Shown here: in pieces, positions 13,841-27,408 of the stretch
Layout of the letters: every line of letters begins with the position of its first letter
Position numbering within the stretch: the first letter of the stretch is position 1
Assembly: GCA_951406725.2 (NCBI GenBank)
Contig: OX597824.1
Location: forward strand, 69,254,001-69,318,000
Direction: 5' to 3'
DNA: 64,000 nucleotides
DNA from: Octopus vulgaris
Taxonomy: Eukaryota
The notes under the pieces: generated by a model
What the model saw: the letters and a program-made list of their open reading frames with translations, nothing else
Databases searched by the model: none
Told to the model about the DNA's origin: nothing
Position numbers and translations under genes: made by a program

Positions 13841-14508
13841 CAGGATGTATATTGTGAACAACGCGATTCCATAAGTGAGACCCGCGTGTAATACGTCCCA
13901 TACACAAAGCACCAACACATGACTACATTGCAACAGAATTATTTCGCCCCCTCTGGCCTTGCCCTATAAAATATTACACCAAATATTATCCAAGGAAAAT
14001 GCTATCAAAACGAAACGTTATCTGGACATTTGCAGTAATCATGTATTCGGATAAATGCATGAACATATGTATGCATCTGTGGATATATGTAGATATGTCT
14101 TTTTGTATATATGAGTCTATTATTTCGTATGCATGTGTGCGCATGTGTGAGAATACGTGAGGTTGACTATGAATGTTTAATTATGTAGTTACAACTTGAA
14201 GAATAAATATAAAAATCCGTTTCTTCATTTTCTTCCTCTGTTACACACCCACGAACACAGAGATACACACATATACCCTCATCCATACGCACACCACATA
14301 TACACTCTCTCTGTCTCACTCAATCACACTCTTTGTCTTTCTTTCCTTCACTCTTTTTCTTGATATATGTATACACATGCACATACATTGATACATGCAT
14401 ATATATATATGTATATATATGCGTGTGTGTGTGTGAGTGTGTGTGTGTATGTCTGTATAGATAATGCATCTATGTATGTCTGTATATATAAAATATATAT
14501 TTACATAT

Positions 14509-14570
14509 GTACACACACACGCGAGCGCGTACACACACACGCGAGCGCGTACACACACACGCGAGCGCGT

Positions 14571-14580
<10 letters not shown>
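14509..14580. repeat. 20-bp minisatellite gtacacacacacgcgagcgc, about 3.5 copies
   Basis: Perfect tandem copies. Confidence 0.9.
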
Positions 14581-14632
<52 letters not shown>

Positions 14633-14708
14633 GTAACTATACATGTATATATGTGCATATATATGAATATACATCATATGTACCTCTTTCCACCTCTCTC
14701 TCCCTTTC

Positions 14709-14750
<42 letters not shown>

Positions 14751-16184
14751 CATACATACATACATACATATATTCATATATATGTGTATTTATTTGTATA
14801 TGCATATATCTATAGCCGTATATATATATGTGTGTGTGTGTGTGTGTACGTATATTTATATATCACCATATGCATATATATGCATGCATTTATATACATA
14901 TACACAAACGTGTATGTATATATATATATATATTTACACATATGTATGTATATGATGTATACATACTGACACAGAACACACATGATTTTGCGCGTGTGCG
15001 TGGGTGTGTAAGTGTGTGTAGGGGAGTTTGAGTATGTGTATGTGTGTGTGTGTGCGCGTGTGCGTATGTGAACGTGCATGTGTATATGTGGTATTTTGCG
15101 ACGCTTCCTTACTCAGTTTGCGTTGTGTCTCTCGCGTGTTTCGCAGTCCACGCTTATTTATAAACTATATATCTTGCCCATGTCTCAAGCAGACAGAGAA
15201 AGAAAGAGAAAACAAGAGAAAGAAAGAAAGAAATAAAGAAGGCTAGAGTTAATACTACCAGAGAATGCAATAAAGTAACTACGAGAAAAGAGATTGCATA
15301 TTGGCGGGAGATGTTGGATGTCTTATCTAAAGCACGGAAAGATTTTATGTCCTTATTATGTCTACATCTGGAGAATCTCAATCAGTTATTTTTCTGCTAG
15401 GCCAAGATTCCGTTCCAACCTTCCATGAGGATTCTTCGCCCTGCTTTTCATATTGTTGAACGCCAGTATTTCACCAATCCGCTTCTTTAACACTTCTGCC
15501 TCCTCCTACTTCTCCTCTTGTGTCCTCTTCTTCCAACTCGTCATCGTCGTCCTCCTCCTCTTCCTTTTCTGAAACATTTATTCATCTATTCGTTCGGCCC
15601 CATAAGTCTCTCGTTAAGTTCCTTTATTCGTTCATTCATTCGCACATTTTTTCCTTCATGTGATTGATTATTCATTCATGTATTTGCTTATTTGTTCAGT
15701 AATCGTTCGATCGTTCGTTTGTTCGATTTTTTTTCAATCGCATATTTACTGAAACATTCATCCATGTCATCGCTCAATCAATCAATCAATCGATCAATCA
15801 ATCACTCAACCATTAGTTTATTCATAGTCATTACTTTTAATAGTACATTTTATTCCTGTATTATTCGCTTCTTCGTTCAAACAATCAGCCACTCGTTCGC
15901 ATAATTGTTCATTCCACATTCGTGCATTTGTCATTTCATTTGCATATTTGTTCACTCACTCTTGTTCATGTATCTATTCAAGCATTTATATGCTTACTCA
16001 TTTGATCAATCAATCACTCATTCGTTCAGTCTTCATTTCATGCGCTTACTTATTTAAGAATGCATTCGTTTATTTGGTCAGTCAATTAGTTGCTCTCTCG
16101 TTCATTCGTTCATCCTTTCATTCATTCAAGCATTCATATTTCATTCAAGTAATTCATATTCAAATACTCATTCGAATTCAATGG

Positions 16185-16740
<556 letters not shown>

Positions 16741-17110
16741 GAGGGAGAGAGCTGTGCATGCCATCAAATTGTCACTGGGGTAAAATATACGAAGCCCAGT
16801 ATACCCTTCATGACTACCTGTCTGATAAGGACGCACCAGGCACATATATCACAACCATATGCGCGCGACATAATGATCTCATCAAGATAAACAGCGCATG
16901 ACATTGCAGGTGGGCCCCAATTAGAATTTTCTTCAGGTCGGATAGCCTATCCCGCCAAAAAGGTCCCTAAATAAGGGTAGTTTAAGGATGCCGAATAAAA
17001 CAGCCATGTTTCCAGAAGTGAGTTATCCAAACCCCAAAGAATTTTTCTCAGCACATGGCTATTATGGTCCCCTACTACTTCTGCTCATGATCAGAGATGC
17101 ACATATCATT
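16741..17110 (-). mobile_element. Putative retroposon 3' end with (AAT)n tail
   Basis: Non-coding, higher-GC block running directly into the AAT array on the minus strand; single copy in window. Confidence 0.4.
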
Positions 17111-17394
17111 GACCTATTTCTTTCCTTTAAAAATCGGCACGAACTTTCCGGACAACCCAATACTTTTACCTGTTCTTACATGCTTCCTGACAAACCTAGC
17201 GTGATGACAACGACTTTCAACTCAATTACACACCGTTCATAGTTGAACACGCTATACTTTCAACTCCAGTACGCTTTACTTTATTATATCTTTCATATTA
17301 AACACACATATACAGCATCAACAGTGACAGCCTTAAACCACATACATATACGACGCTGTGTATACACGCCGCACACAGCAATGCATATACAATC

Positions 17395-17477
<83 letters not shown>

Positions 17478-18381
17478 TGTATGTATGTATGTATGTATGT
17501 ATAGATACGTTTGTATGCTTATTGATGTATGAATGGATATATGCATTGTGTACGTGTGTGCGTGCGTGCGTGTCTGTATGTGCGTGTGTTACATCTTGAA
17601 TAACCGAATGCAATTATTTTCCCGTTAGTATTTAATTGTACAATATTAAACGCAGTCATCATAATCATTACCATCGACCACCACCACCACCACCGCCAGT
17701 ACCTCCATCGCGACCATCTTCATCGTCATCATCGTCATCATCGTCATCCTCATCGTTGCCGTTGTCTCCGTTGCCATCGTCGTCGTCCTCTGTTTCTTCT
17801 TCATATGCCCTCATCATCATCATCATCATCATCCTCATCGTGTTCGCAATAAACGTGACCATCATCGCTATAAATACCGCTACCTTCAACATTATTATTC
17901 TTGTAATATAATTGTTATTAATCGTTCTTTTCAGTTTTTCCAGCACAACCAAATACGTCCGAGATTTCTTGACATGTCTGTCACATCGTCTTCTGTAAAT
18001 GCAGAATTGTACTTTTATACCAATTCGTTTTTCCATTGTTGCAGGGGTTTACTGTACTGAACATTGGCGTAGCTAATTTAAGTCCGTTTTCGGATTGAGC
18101 ATAAATAATACTGTGAGCCCTAACATGGATCGTGTATTTTCGTTCATTATTATTATTCCCACCATTTATATTGATCTGGTAAGATAGGTATTATTCTTAT
18201 GTCGGTGTCTTTACTGAAAGTGTCAGTATAGAGGACTGAGAAGAGTGCTTCTACCCTTTATGAGATATATACTATAGCGTTAATTTTCAAACACTACATC
18301 CCGTTGCTTCCAAGATTCCTATACTCTTAAAGACTCTACTTAAAGTACGGCCATTCTTTTTTTTTGTTCCTATCATAATTA

Positions 18382-18595
18382 CAAGGTGACCCAAAAGTAG
18401 GTTTACAGTTATTCAACTATGTCTTTCGTATTCATATATTAACAGTTTAGATCTTAATTATAAAAAAAATATGAAACCATTATTCTATGCTAATTTAGTT
18501 AATTGTAAGACAGAAATTATAATGTAATAAAATGTTTTTAAAAGAAATTTAATGTGTCTACGTGATAACTGTAAACCTACACTTGAGACACCCTG
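18382..18595. mobile_element. Tc1/mariner MITE, 214 bp
   Basis: TA|caaggtgacccaaaagtaggtttacagttat ... ataactgtaaacctacacttgagacaccctg|TA; imperfect TIRs of about 31 bp, TA TSD. Confidence 0.9.
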
Positions 18596-18932
18596 TATAT
18601 CTGGGTCTTGAACAGCCATGTCCCAGAAGATTGTAATCAGGTTGTTGCCCTGCACCATCTTTGTTGCTTGTTACATGTTTATCCCACTTCTTATCCGGTG
18701 TCGGCAGTTATTGACCATTGGACACTGCTACCGGCTCAGTTGTTTCCGTTAATATATATATATATATATAAGACCAATAGTTTTTTTTATAGTTCTTTTG
18801 CGCTTGCAAAAGACCCTAATCATAAGTAAAGTTTCACTTGGCTTTTTTTTTTAAGTATTGTTCTAGTCTCAGTATTGTTACGATTTGGTAGTTTTCTGTT
18901 TAAATTCTTCTTCAATCACTTAACACCCGATT

Positions 18933-18978
18933 TACTCTGATGAAGCTAAGAAATGGAAACCCTTGGTGACTGGAGTAG
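18933..18978 (+). ncRNA. Degenerate hammerhead-like motif
   Basis: tact-CTGATGA-agctaagaaatg-GAAA-cc-ctt-gg-TG...ggagta; helix II eroded, cleavage position is G. Confidence 0.4.
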
Positions 18979-19092
18979 TTATAACTGTCCTCTTATTTCT
19001 AGCATTAAATTGTATTTTCATATTATTTTCACTCATCTCTCTCTGCTTATTTCTAAATTTCTCCTTTGTTTTCGTATGAAGAAACACATCTA

Positions 19093-19263
19093 TTTCATAC
19101 GTTTTTACGTTCTGAGATCAAATTCCGCCAAGGTCGTTTTTGCTCTTTATCCATTCGGAGTCGATGAAATAAGTACCAGGGAAACCCTGGAGTCGATGTA
19201 AACGACTGTTGCTCTCCCCACGCACCAAGAATTTCAGGCCTTGTGCCTATTGCAGAAAGGATA
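19093..19263 (+). mobile_element. SINE-C, 5'-truncated, tail type 3
   Basis: tacgttctgagatcaaattccgcc...ggccttgtgcctattgcagaaagg. Confidence 0.75.
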
Positions 19264-19364
19264 TCACTTGTATGGCAGGTTCCGGTGTAATTTCTTTTCA
19301 TTTCAGTGTCAGAATCTAATGTAATATTTTCAGTTTGGGTCACTTTGTCTCGTCTTTTAGTGCT

Positions 19365-19705
19365 TGCTTTCCTCGGGCTCTTGCTTAATGGGGCTGGGGT
19401 CATCTCAGGTTAATGGTCGCAGAGGCGTCAACGTGCGTAGAGCCGACCAGCTTTACCAGTGTCCTACATCGCTGACGGCCCCATGCTAATCCCTTAGCAA
19501 CCTTCAAAATCGAACCTCTGAAGAACTTTCTTAATCACATCCAGCCAATTGGTGCAGAACCTGCCATGGAACCTCTTCCAGCCCGCAGCTGCTACGGCGA
19601 ACGAGGGTGAAGTCCTGATAGGGTGATTTAGCGGGAGGCAGAAGCCATGTCCGTACCAGCGCATGGACATCTCCGTACCAGCGCATGGACATGTCCGTAC
19701 CAGCT
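19365..19705 (-). mobile_element. RTE-clade LINE 3' end
   Basis: MRWYGHGFCLPLNHPIRT..AAGWKRFHGRFCTNWLDVIKKVLQ resembles the RTE C-terminus (RWYGH..WKRPRGRP..WLD). Confidence 0.8.
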
Positions 19706-19921
19706 CAATGATATGTCCTCTGCCTCCCGCCAAATCATTCTACCAGGCCTTTAATATTCTAGTAGCTTTAACATCTTAACGTATTTATTTATCTAATCCC
19801 AGATTCATTGTGTTAAGATATTTATTTAATCCCAAATATTAAGATATTAATGAAAATACCGTGGAGAAATAAACCTCCATGAAATTAAAGGAAATGAAAT
19901 ACGGTAGTAAAATATTGGGGA

Positions 19922-20228
19922 AATCGTGAGGTTGTGAGCTCGAATCCCGGACCGGGCTGCGTGTTGTGTTCTTGAGCAAGGCACTTTATTTCACGTTGCT
20001 CCAGTTCACTCAGCTGTATAAATGAGTTGCGACGTCACTGGTGCCAAGCTGTATCAGCCATTGCCTTTCCCTTGGATAACACTGGTGGCATGGAGAGGGG
20101 AGGCCGGTATGCATGGATGACTGTTGGTCTTCCATAAACAACCTTGCCCGGACTTGTGTCTAGGAGGGTAACTTTCTAGGTGCAATCCCATGGTCATTCA
20201 TGACCGAAGGGGGTCTTTACCCTTTTAC
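19922..20228 (+). mobile_element. SINE-B, A-box region missing
   Basis: Highly similar to 36971-37308. Confidence 0.85.
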
Positions 20229-21526
20229 TATCTGCATGCATCAAGGTTCAGTGTAGGGTGTCTTGTTGCCCCATCATTTGAGAGTTCTATTGGTTTTGGT
20301 CTGTATGTGTATGTTCTGTACAATTAGTTTTGGCTTATTACTATCAATCAATGTTATAATTGATCATATTGCTTGTTACCGTTTTATCGATTTTATTGAT
20401 CATTCTATTTCATGTAAAGCCACCAACTTTTCTTGTTTGTGGTTTTCCGAAAGAAGTAGTTCACCTCTGTACAGTCTCCAATGTCTTAGGTGTCTGTGCA
20501 CGACAAAACAATTTATTATGGCTGTTGCAGTAATAAAAATGTTAGAATCAGTAATAATAGTAATAATAGTAGTAGTAATAACAGAAGCAGCAGCAGTGGC
20601 GGTGTTAGTAGTAGTAGTAGTAATAGTAGTAGTGGTAGTAGTAGTAGTAGTCAGTTGGCGTTTATTTTATGTTAACGGTGTGCATCACGCAATCAAGAGA
20701 CAAAAATCAATGTACAGACGTTTGAGGGGTCTCTTAAGTTTCTTTGCATATTTACCGATTTTATACATACATACATATATACATACATACATACATGCAT
20801 ACATACAGACATACATACAGACATACACATACATACATATATAGAGAGATAGGAATATACACAAACCTACACAAACCTACGCGTATACGTGAATACATAC
20901 GTACATACACACACACACATACATGCATAGACACATAGATACGTATATACGCTTACTCTAACATATATACATATTTGTGTGGGTGTTTGCGTATGTATGC
21001 ATGTATGTATATATGTATCTTTGCATGTATGTATGTGTGTGTGTCTGTGTATGTGTGTGTGTGTCTGTATGACAAGTCGGTGAATTCATAAAGACACACA
21101 AGAAAACATGAAACATCTCTGAAACATTGATCCGTCTTATCCCAAGATTGCGTGACATTGTCCTTCTGGCTGGGTGCACAGATCTATTCGCGGCCTATAG
21201 CTCACATATAAACGATATAAAATATCTACGGCAGCAGGTGTACTACGTCTATCAAGAGATAAATAGGTCAAGTGTGAACGGCTCAAGAGGATGACTATAT
21301 CTATTCACGACTTCATAGACGTCTGCAACAATAAGGTAAAAAAAAAACCTGGTACGTGCTACCGGGTGAAACCGGCATATGAGTGATGGCTATAGTTAAT
21401 GTGTGTGTGTGTGTGTGTGTATAAACGTTTATATATTTGCTTTGGAAGACTCCCGATGTGAAATCGTGTGTTGAAACAGATATTGTTATACGTGGGGATG
21501 GTTGTATTTTGCCAATTAAATATTCG

Positions 21527-21563
<37 letters not shown>

Positions 21564-21856
21564 CTTCAGTTCAGCGTTTTTGTTATTGTTTCAATGTATT
21601 AGTCTAAGCTTTTCCATCACACATCTTGTGACCTCATCAATGACTCTTTATTCTACGTGTCACCTCTAGTTCTGCTTATTCCAGAAGCCGAACAAGAAGA
21701 GACACGTATGGTAGAGAGTTACTGAAGAGTTCACAGAACGTTTGACGCAAGACCAAATGTATAGTGCGTGTGTTTAATAGGCAAAAAATGAACACTCCTA
21801 AGTAGGACAATATGTATGCATGTATGTATAACAAAATCTATGTATGTATGTAGATG

Positions 21857-21901
<45 letters not shown>

Positions 21902-21903
<2 letters not shown>

Positions 21904-22110
21904 CTCTTTTACTTGTTTCAGTCATTTGAGTGTGGCAATGCTGGAGCACCGCCTTTAGTCGAACAAATTGATCCCACGACTTATTCTTTGTAAGTGTGGT
22001 ACTTATTCTATCGGTCTATTTTGCGGAACCGCTAGGTTACGGGGATGTAAACACACCAACATCGGCTGTCAAGCGATGGTGGGAGACAAGCCCAGACACA
22101 AAAACATACA
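21902..22110 (-). mobile_element. SINE-D 3' half, inverted relative to the adjacent copy
   Basis: ttttacttgtttcagtcatttga...gctggagcaccgcctttagtcga... Confidence 0.85.
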
Positions 22111-22116
22111 TTTATA

Positions 22117-22272
22117 GTGGCCCTGTGGTAAGTAGCTTGCTAACCAACCACATGGTTCCAGGTTCAGTCCCACTGCGTGGCATCTTGGGCAAGTGTCTTC
22201 TGCTATAGTCCCGGGCCGACCAACGCCTTGTGAGTGGATTTGGTAGACGGAAACTGAAAGAAGCCTGTCGTA

Positions 22273-22313
<41 letters not shown>

Positions 22314-22521
22314 GTGTGTTTGTGTGCCTGTGTTTGTCCCCCTAGCATTGCTTGACAACCGATGCTGGTGTGTTTACGTCCCCGTCACTTAGCGGTTCGG
22401 CAAAAAGAGACCGATAGAATAAGTACTGGGCTTACAAAGAATAAGTCTCGGGGTCGATTTGCTCGACTAAAGGCGGTGCTCCAGCATGGCCGCAATCAAA
22501 TGACTGAAACAAGTAAAAGAA
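22117..22521 (+). mobile_element. SINE-D, near full length
   Basis: tRNA-like head (gtggtaagtagc..ggttcagtccc), cttgggcaagtgtctt, internal (TA)n(TG)n, tail ccagcatggccgc..tgactgaaacaagtaaaaga. Confidence 0.9.
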
Positions 22522-23005
22522 GAATATATATATATATATATATATATATGTTAATAAAATAGAACATATGCATATATATAAACATATATGTACGTACCTA
22601 CCTCTACATGTACATATACACGCATATATGTGTACAGGACACCAAAAAGACGTCGAACACATAGAGAGACGAAAAACATAGACACAAACCAAGGAACAGG
22701 ACAAGCAAAAAAAAAAAAGAGATACAGGACAATAAGCACAACGAAAAATCCCCTTCTTCAGTCGCTAAGGTTTCATCTACTCTACGTTTCGAAGGATAAA
22801 AGCGAGACGTATACTTCGAAGAAACTTCCTTCCTGCGAAAAGCAAATCAATTAAAATTCTGAGATCTTTTCGCAGAGGGGTAAAAAATGGTAAAAAAAGC
22901 AAGACGGTAACGACAGTACAAACATATAAACAGTAAAAAAAAAATTATATATAAACAGTAGAAAAATAAATATATAACAGTGAGAGACAGGACAAGGAGA
23001 ACAAG

Positions 23006-23048
<43 letters not shown>

Positions 23049-23439
23049 AGTCCACAGATGAGATCCAGAGATTGTTAGTATAGAAGATACTTAGTTTGCT
23101 CAAATGATTCGAACTTAGACTCCGATGTCTTTACAGGGTATCGATGCCGCAAGGTGAAACTTGTCTGTAAGAAGGATCGCGTTAAGCGGGTATACAGGCA
23201 ATTATGTGGATAAACAAATTAAATACATGAAATATATTAATTATAATACTTTGCTCAAATAAAATATACTGAGTTGGCGAAAATTTCCGTTATCTTTTTT
23301 CAAGCGAAAATAAGTTTTAAACACAAAGCGATTTATCCATTCAGTTTTTGTGTATGAAAAATCTGAAATGTAAGATCCTCTCTTTCCTGATATCGGAGGC
23401 TCGTTTTATCCAATGTTAACTGTATCCATCACGGCTACA

Positions 23440-23506
23440 TACTCTGATGAACTAAATCTACCAACATTATTACGTACCTCCGAGCCCCTAGAAACAGCTG
23501 TTTGAC
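23440..23506 (+). ncRNA. Hammerhead-like motif with palindromic helix III
   Basis: CTGATGA at 23444-23450; GAAA-CAGCTG-TT at 23491-23502; helices I and II poorly paired. Confidence 0.45.
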
Positions 23507-23722
23507 TTATAACACCTTTCTTCCATCTCTTTAATTTTCTCTGTCGTTTGTACTCTGTGTAAGTTGGACCTATTAATATAAATAGCTTTATATTTATGCT
23601 TAAAAATTCATCATCATTGCTTTCTCTTGTTTTGTGTGTATACATATATACATAGTGTATTCATACCCATGCTATTATATTCAATATATTTAATATATTT
23701 GTTTATCTGCATAATTATCCCA

Positions 23723-23770
<48 letters not shown>

Positions 23771-24615
23771 AATATATAATATATGATATCAAGGGATCAA
23801 CATTTTTTGTCGTAAGCTATTCAACACGCCGGTATTTGTCTCGGTTATTCACGTACATGCCACTGACCACTTCGAGTTACTTTGACTACTTCATTCTTGC
23901 TTAAATTATTCATATACTTTCAAGGATTACTTTATCTTGTATACACAATGTGTGCTTCCTTCTTCTAAAAACGATAGGCAAAGGTAAAAGTTACCTTCTC
24001 AAAAGAGCCGGTTTTCCGGTTTCCATAGCGTATAAATTTCCTACCTGGACAGGTCACGGGTCCGTCGCAGATAAAAACTATAGCGTATAACATGAATGAT
24101 ACTCGGCTCCTATCACCAGCATCTTGGCCAACAAATTTCAAGGTCCATTATCAGGTCACTCACTATCTGATTTTTTTTTTTAGTCTGTCGTAGGGTTGGT
24201 TCGTTGGTTGGTTACTTGTTTGATTGCTTGCTCGCTTCCTTGCTTGTTTGCTTAGTTGGTTGTTTGTTTGTTTGTTTGGTTGGTTGGTTGTCTAGTTGGT
24301 CAAGTGAGAGGCTGACATGCTGACAGGCTGAGTGACTGCTCGGTGTGTCGGTTCGTATGTAAGAAAAACAAAAATATCAAAGGATTAAGATGCACGATGT
24401 CTCACCTTTAAAGCTTATACACGCATCAGCGGACATTAAATATCAGGCCAATCGTTGCTAAATTGCTGACGATTCTCAATAGTAGTAATAGCAGTAGAAG
24501 CACGACATGGATGATAAACAACTCGAACTACGATTTTGCTTTGGGCAAAATAAGTGTGCACGTATATATATATATATATATATATTATAAGTCATATATA
24601 TATATATTATAAGTC

Positions 24616-24660
<45 letters not shown>

Positions 24661-24810
24661 TTATCTATGTACATATATATGTGTGTGCGCGTGTGCCTCT
24701 GTGTGTTGGGTGTGTTTGTATACATACATACAAATTTATCCATCCAAACATATAAATAACTGTGTTGTATATATATATATATAATATATAAATATTTATT
24801 CATACATACA

Positions 24811-24846
<36 letters not shown>

Positions 24847-24954
24847 CGTATATATAATTTGTTTGACCTCTTAAGTAGCAGTATATTACTCACTCCAGAT
24901 CAATTAAAAGGTATTTATTTTATTCAGGTACCCTGTGGCAGATAATATGCTGGC

Positions 24955-26470
24955 AATAGAACCATGACACGTGAAATACAGTAATTTAGAAATTTCCAAA
25001 TTTCTAATTGTTACAAGAATTTTTTTGTACAAAGTTAGGATGGAATTTAAAAGCTCGGGTGGGAATATTTCCACTGTATCAAAGTGGAAAAAAACATTCT
25101 AAACGTCCGGACGGACACTTCTAAGGACACTGCAATTCATCCTGCAGTTTCAGAACCTTATCGATGATGAGCATGGAATATGAATGAGGGCCTTCCCCAA
25201 AGAACATTAGGTGTTATAGTGGACTGTTAAAACTGTTTTTCATGAGGATATCCGATACAAGTTGCATACCGTAAATCCTCGAGTGTAATCCGCATTTTCC
25301 CCCAAAATTTAAAGGTCAAAATCCCTAGTGCGTATTATATACGAGGTTGAAAATGAAAATTTTTTCTAAGCAATGTCCGAATCTCTTTTTGCTGACCGGC
25401 AATGTTTATTCAGACGCATTTTGTGATGTCGGGCGCGAAAATACCTTAAGCTAAGCCTGAAAGCAATGAAGTCATAAAAGAATCATCCATAACTTGCAGT
25501 AAGCAACATTTATTAAACGTTATTACTGTTATTTCTTTATTTTCTGCAAACAAATTGCACAAAAAAGCTACACGTTTGCATTATGTTATATATATTCAAT
25601 AATAATAAAGTACGTTACCGTATACCTTTTTACAAACCAAGGACGTTATATAGACATCATTGACTCAAGTTAGAGAAGGGGTGCATATTATACACAAAGT
25701 TTAGATTTTTCAGAGGTACAGCCCCCGAAAAATCTCCTGCGTATTACACTCAAGGGCGGACTATACTCTAGGATTTAGGGTATACAGAGGAGAGCAAAGC
25801 CTTGTGAAAACATTTGACCTATGCTAAGCGGTCACTTAAAATGCTTAGGAAGATCTCACGAAAATGTCAAGTTTTGGTAATTCTCTGAGAAGAAAAAAGA
25901 TTCATCCAAGACAAAATTCTGACAGGAGAAATAACGGAGAAATAACAGCTGGCTACGTTTAGAACCTTCTAATGCCCTCAGAGTGATGCACACAGTTTCT
26001 AACAAAGGTGTTGGCTTCAGGAGTGATGAGTAACGAAAACTATCCCATGCCATCTTATATTTTCCTGCAAGGTCTTAGAATTAGTGCTATTTGGGTACTT
26101 TGAAGCACTAGGGGCAGTTACTAAGCCTAGGATAGATGAAGTGCCGATTGGGTTACAATATTTATTTCAGCAAGACTCACCATTTTCTCTCAAAACTCAC
26201 GTATTCCAAGAACGGATATCAGGCAATATTTACGATTATCTTACAATTGTGGCTTGCAAACTTGCCAGATTTATGGCGCATAGACCATTAAGCTTGAAGC
26301 TTTGTTGACAGGAAGACTAATCGACATGCTCACGATACCATAGCATCATTGAAGACCGTCATTTTCCAGATGATGTCTGAAATGAGAAAGGATCGTATTC
26401 TACATACAATTCAATAATTCTAGTCCTGCATTGAGTCATTCATCGTTGCCGAATATGGATTCATCGAAAA
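24955..26470 (+). pseudogene. Tc1/mariner DD37D (maT/Bmmar1-like) transposase pseudogene, interrupted by a MITE
   Basis: SNLEISKFL..YKVRMEFKSSGGNIS..KKHSKR..HEDIRYK [MITE] ..FSEKK..PSYIFLQGLRI..VTKPRIDEV..YLFQQDS..KTNRHAHDTIASLK..IVAEYGFIE; many stops and frameshifts. Confidence 0.85.
25269..25780. mobile_element. pogo/Tc2-like MITE, copy 1
   Basis: TA|ccgtaaatcctcgagtgtaatccgc ... gcggactatactctaggatttaggg|TA; closely similar copy at 39468. Confidence 0.9.
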
Positions 26471-26544
26471 ATTATAGAGAAAACGTGCACAAATCGTTTT
26501 TAAATACATCTGGTATCTGCTAAATTAGAGTCATTTTATAATAA

Positions 26545-26730
26545 TGATTTCAAATTTTGGTACATGGGCAGCAGTTTCCGTTAAGGGGATAAGCTGATTA
26601 TATCGACTCGAGGGATCAACTGGTACGTTTTTAATCGACTCCTAAAGGATGAACGATAAAGTCAACCTCGGCGGAATTTCAGTTCAGAACGTAAAGACGG
26701 ACGAAATGCCGCTAAGCATTTTGCCTGGTT
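26545..26730 (-). mobile_element. SINE-C, tail type 2
   Basis: gatttcaaattttgg...aaagtcaacctcggcggaattt...gacgaaatgccgctaagcatttt. Confidence 0.8.
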
Positions 26731-26744
26731 GTTTCCATTGCTAT

Positions 26745-27100
26745 TGTTTCATATTTTGACTCGAGGCCAGCAATTTCGGAGAAGGGGAAAAGGCCTATTA
26801 CATCGACCCCAGTACTTTTTCTGTGTCTTCTGTGACTATACGAACGAATAAGTGTAGAAATGCATGAATGAATGAATGAATGAAATCTCTTACGAATATG
26901 GGGTGAGGTATTGCATGATACAATATTCCATATGCTCTTTCTGTAAATTATAGGGGGCTTCCTTGAGATTAGGTAACCATGAAAATACGGATAAGAGGCA
27001 AAGTGGATCTCGGCGGAATTTGAACTCAGAACATGAAAACAGACGAAATGCCGCTAAACATTTTACTCGGCGTGCTAACGATTCTGCCAAATCATCGCCT
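26745..27100 (-). mobile_element. SINE-C split by an inverted local duplication
   Basis: Breaks after catcgaccccagtact (about 26816) and resumes at ggataagaggcaaagt (about 26989). Confidence 0.75.
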
Positions 27101-27408
27101 TTGTTTCCCTTGATGTTAAGCAATGAAAAAAGATTTTAAAAAAAAGAGAAAAGAATGAAACGGAGGGGAATATGAATTTGCGTCTTCCGGTAAAATTAAA
27201 ACCGTATTTTACCCTCGCATTTTTAGCCAGATCGTGGTAACTGCACGGCACACATAATCTCAAGGAAGCACCCTGTAATTTACCGAAACAGCATATGGAA
27301 TATTATATCATGAAGTACCACCCCCCATATCCCCAAGAGATTTCGTTCATTCATTCAAGCATTTCGACATTCATTCGTTCGTATAGTCATCAGAAGAAGA
27401 CACAGAAA
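26818..27408. repeat. Inverted repeat, arms 26818-26971 and 27255-27408
   Basis: ctgtgtcttc..gactatacgaacgaat..aatattccatatgct..gcttccttgagatta is the diverged reverse complement of taatctcaaggaagc..agcatatggaatatt..attcgttcgtatagtc..gaagacacag. Confidence 0.9.

Noticed and set aside
17930-18150. Possible coding exon in unique sequence
   Set aside because: Only short frames, no recognisable domain and no convincing splice pair.
21070-21390. Possible L1/Tx1 3' remnant
   Set aside because: Resemblance is too weak to support by eye.
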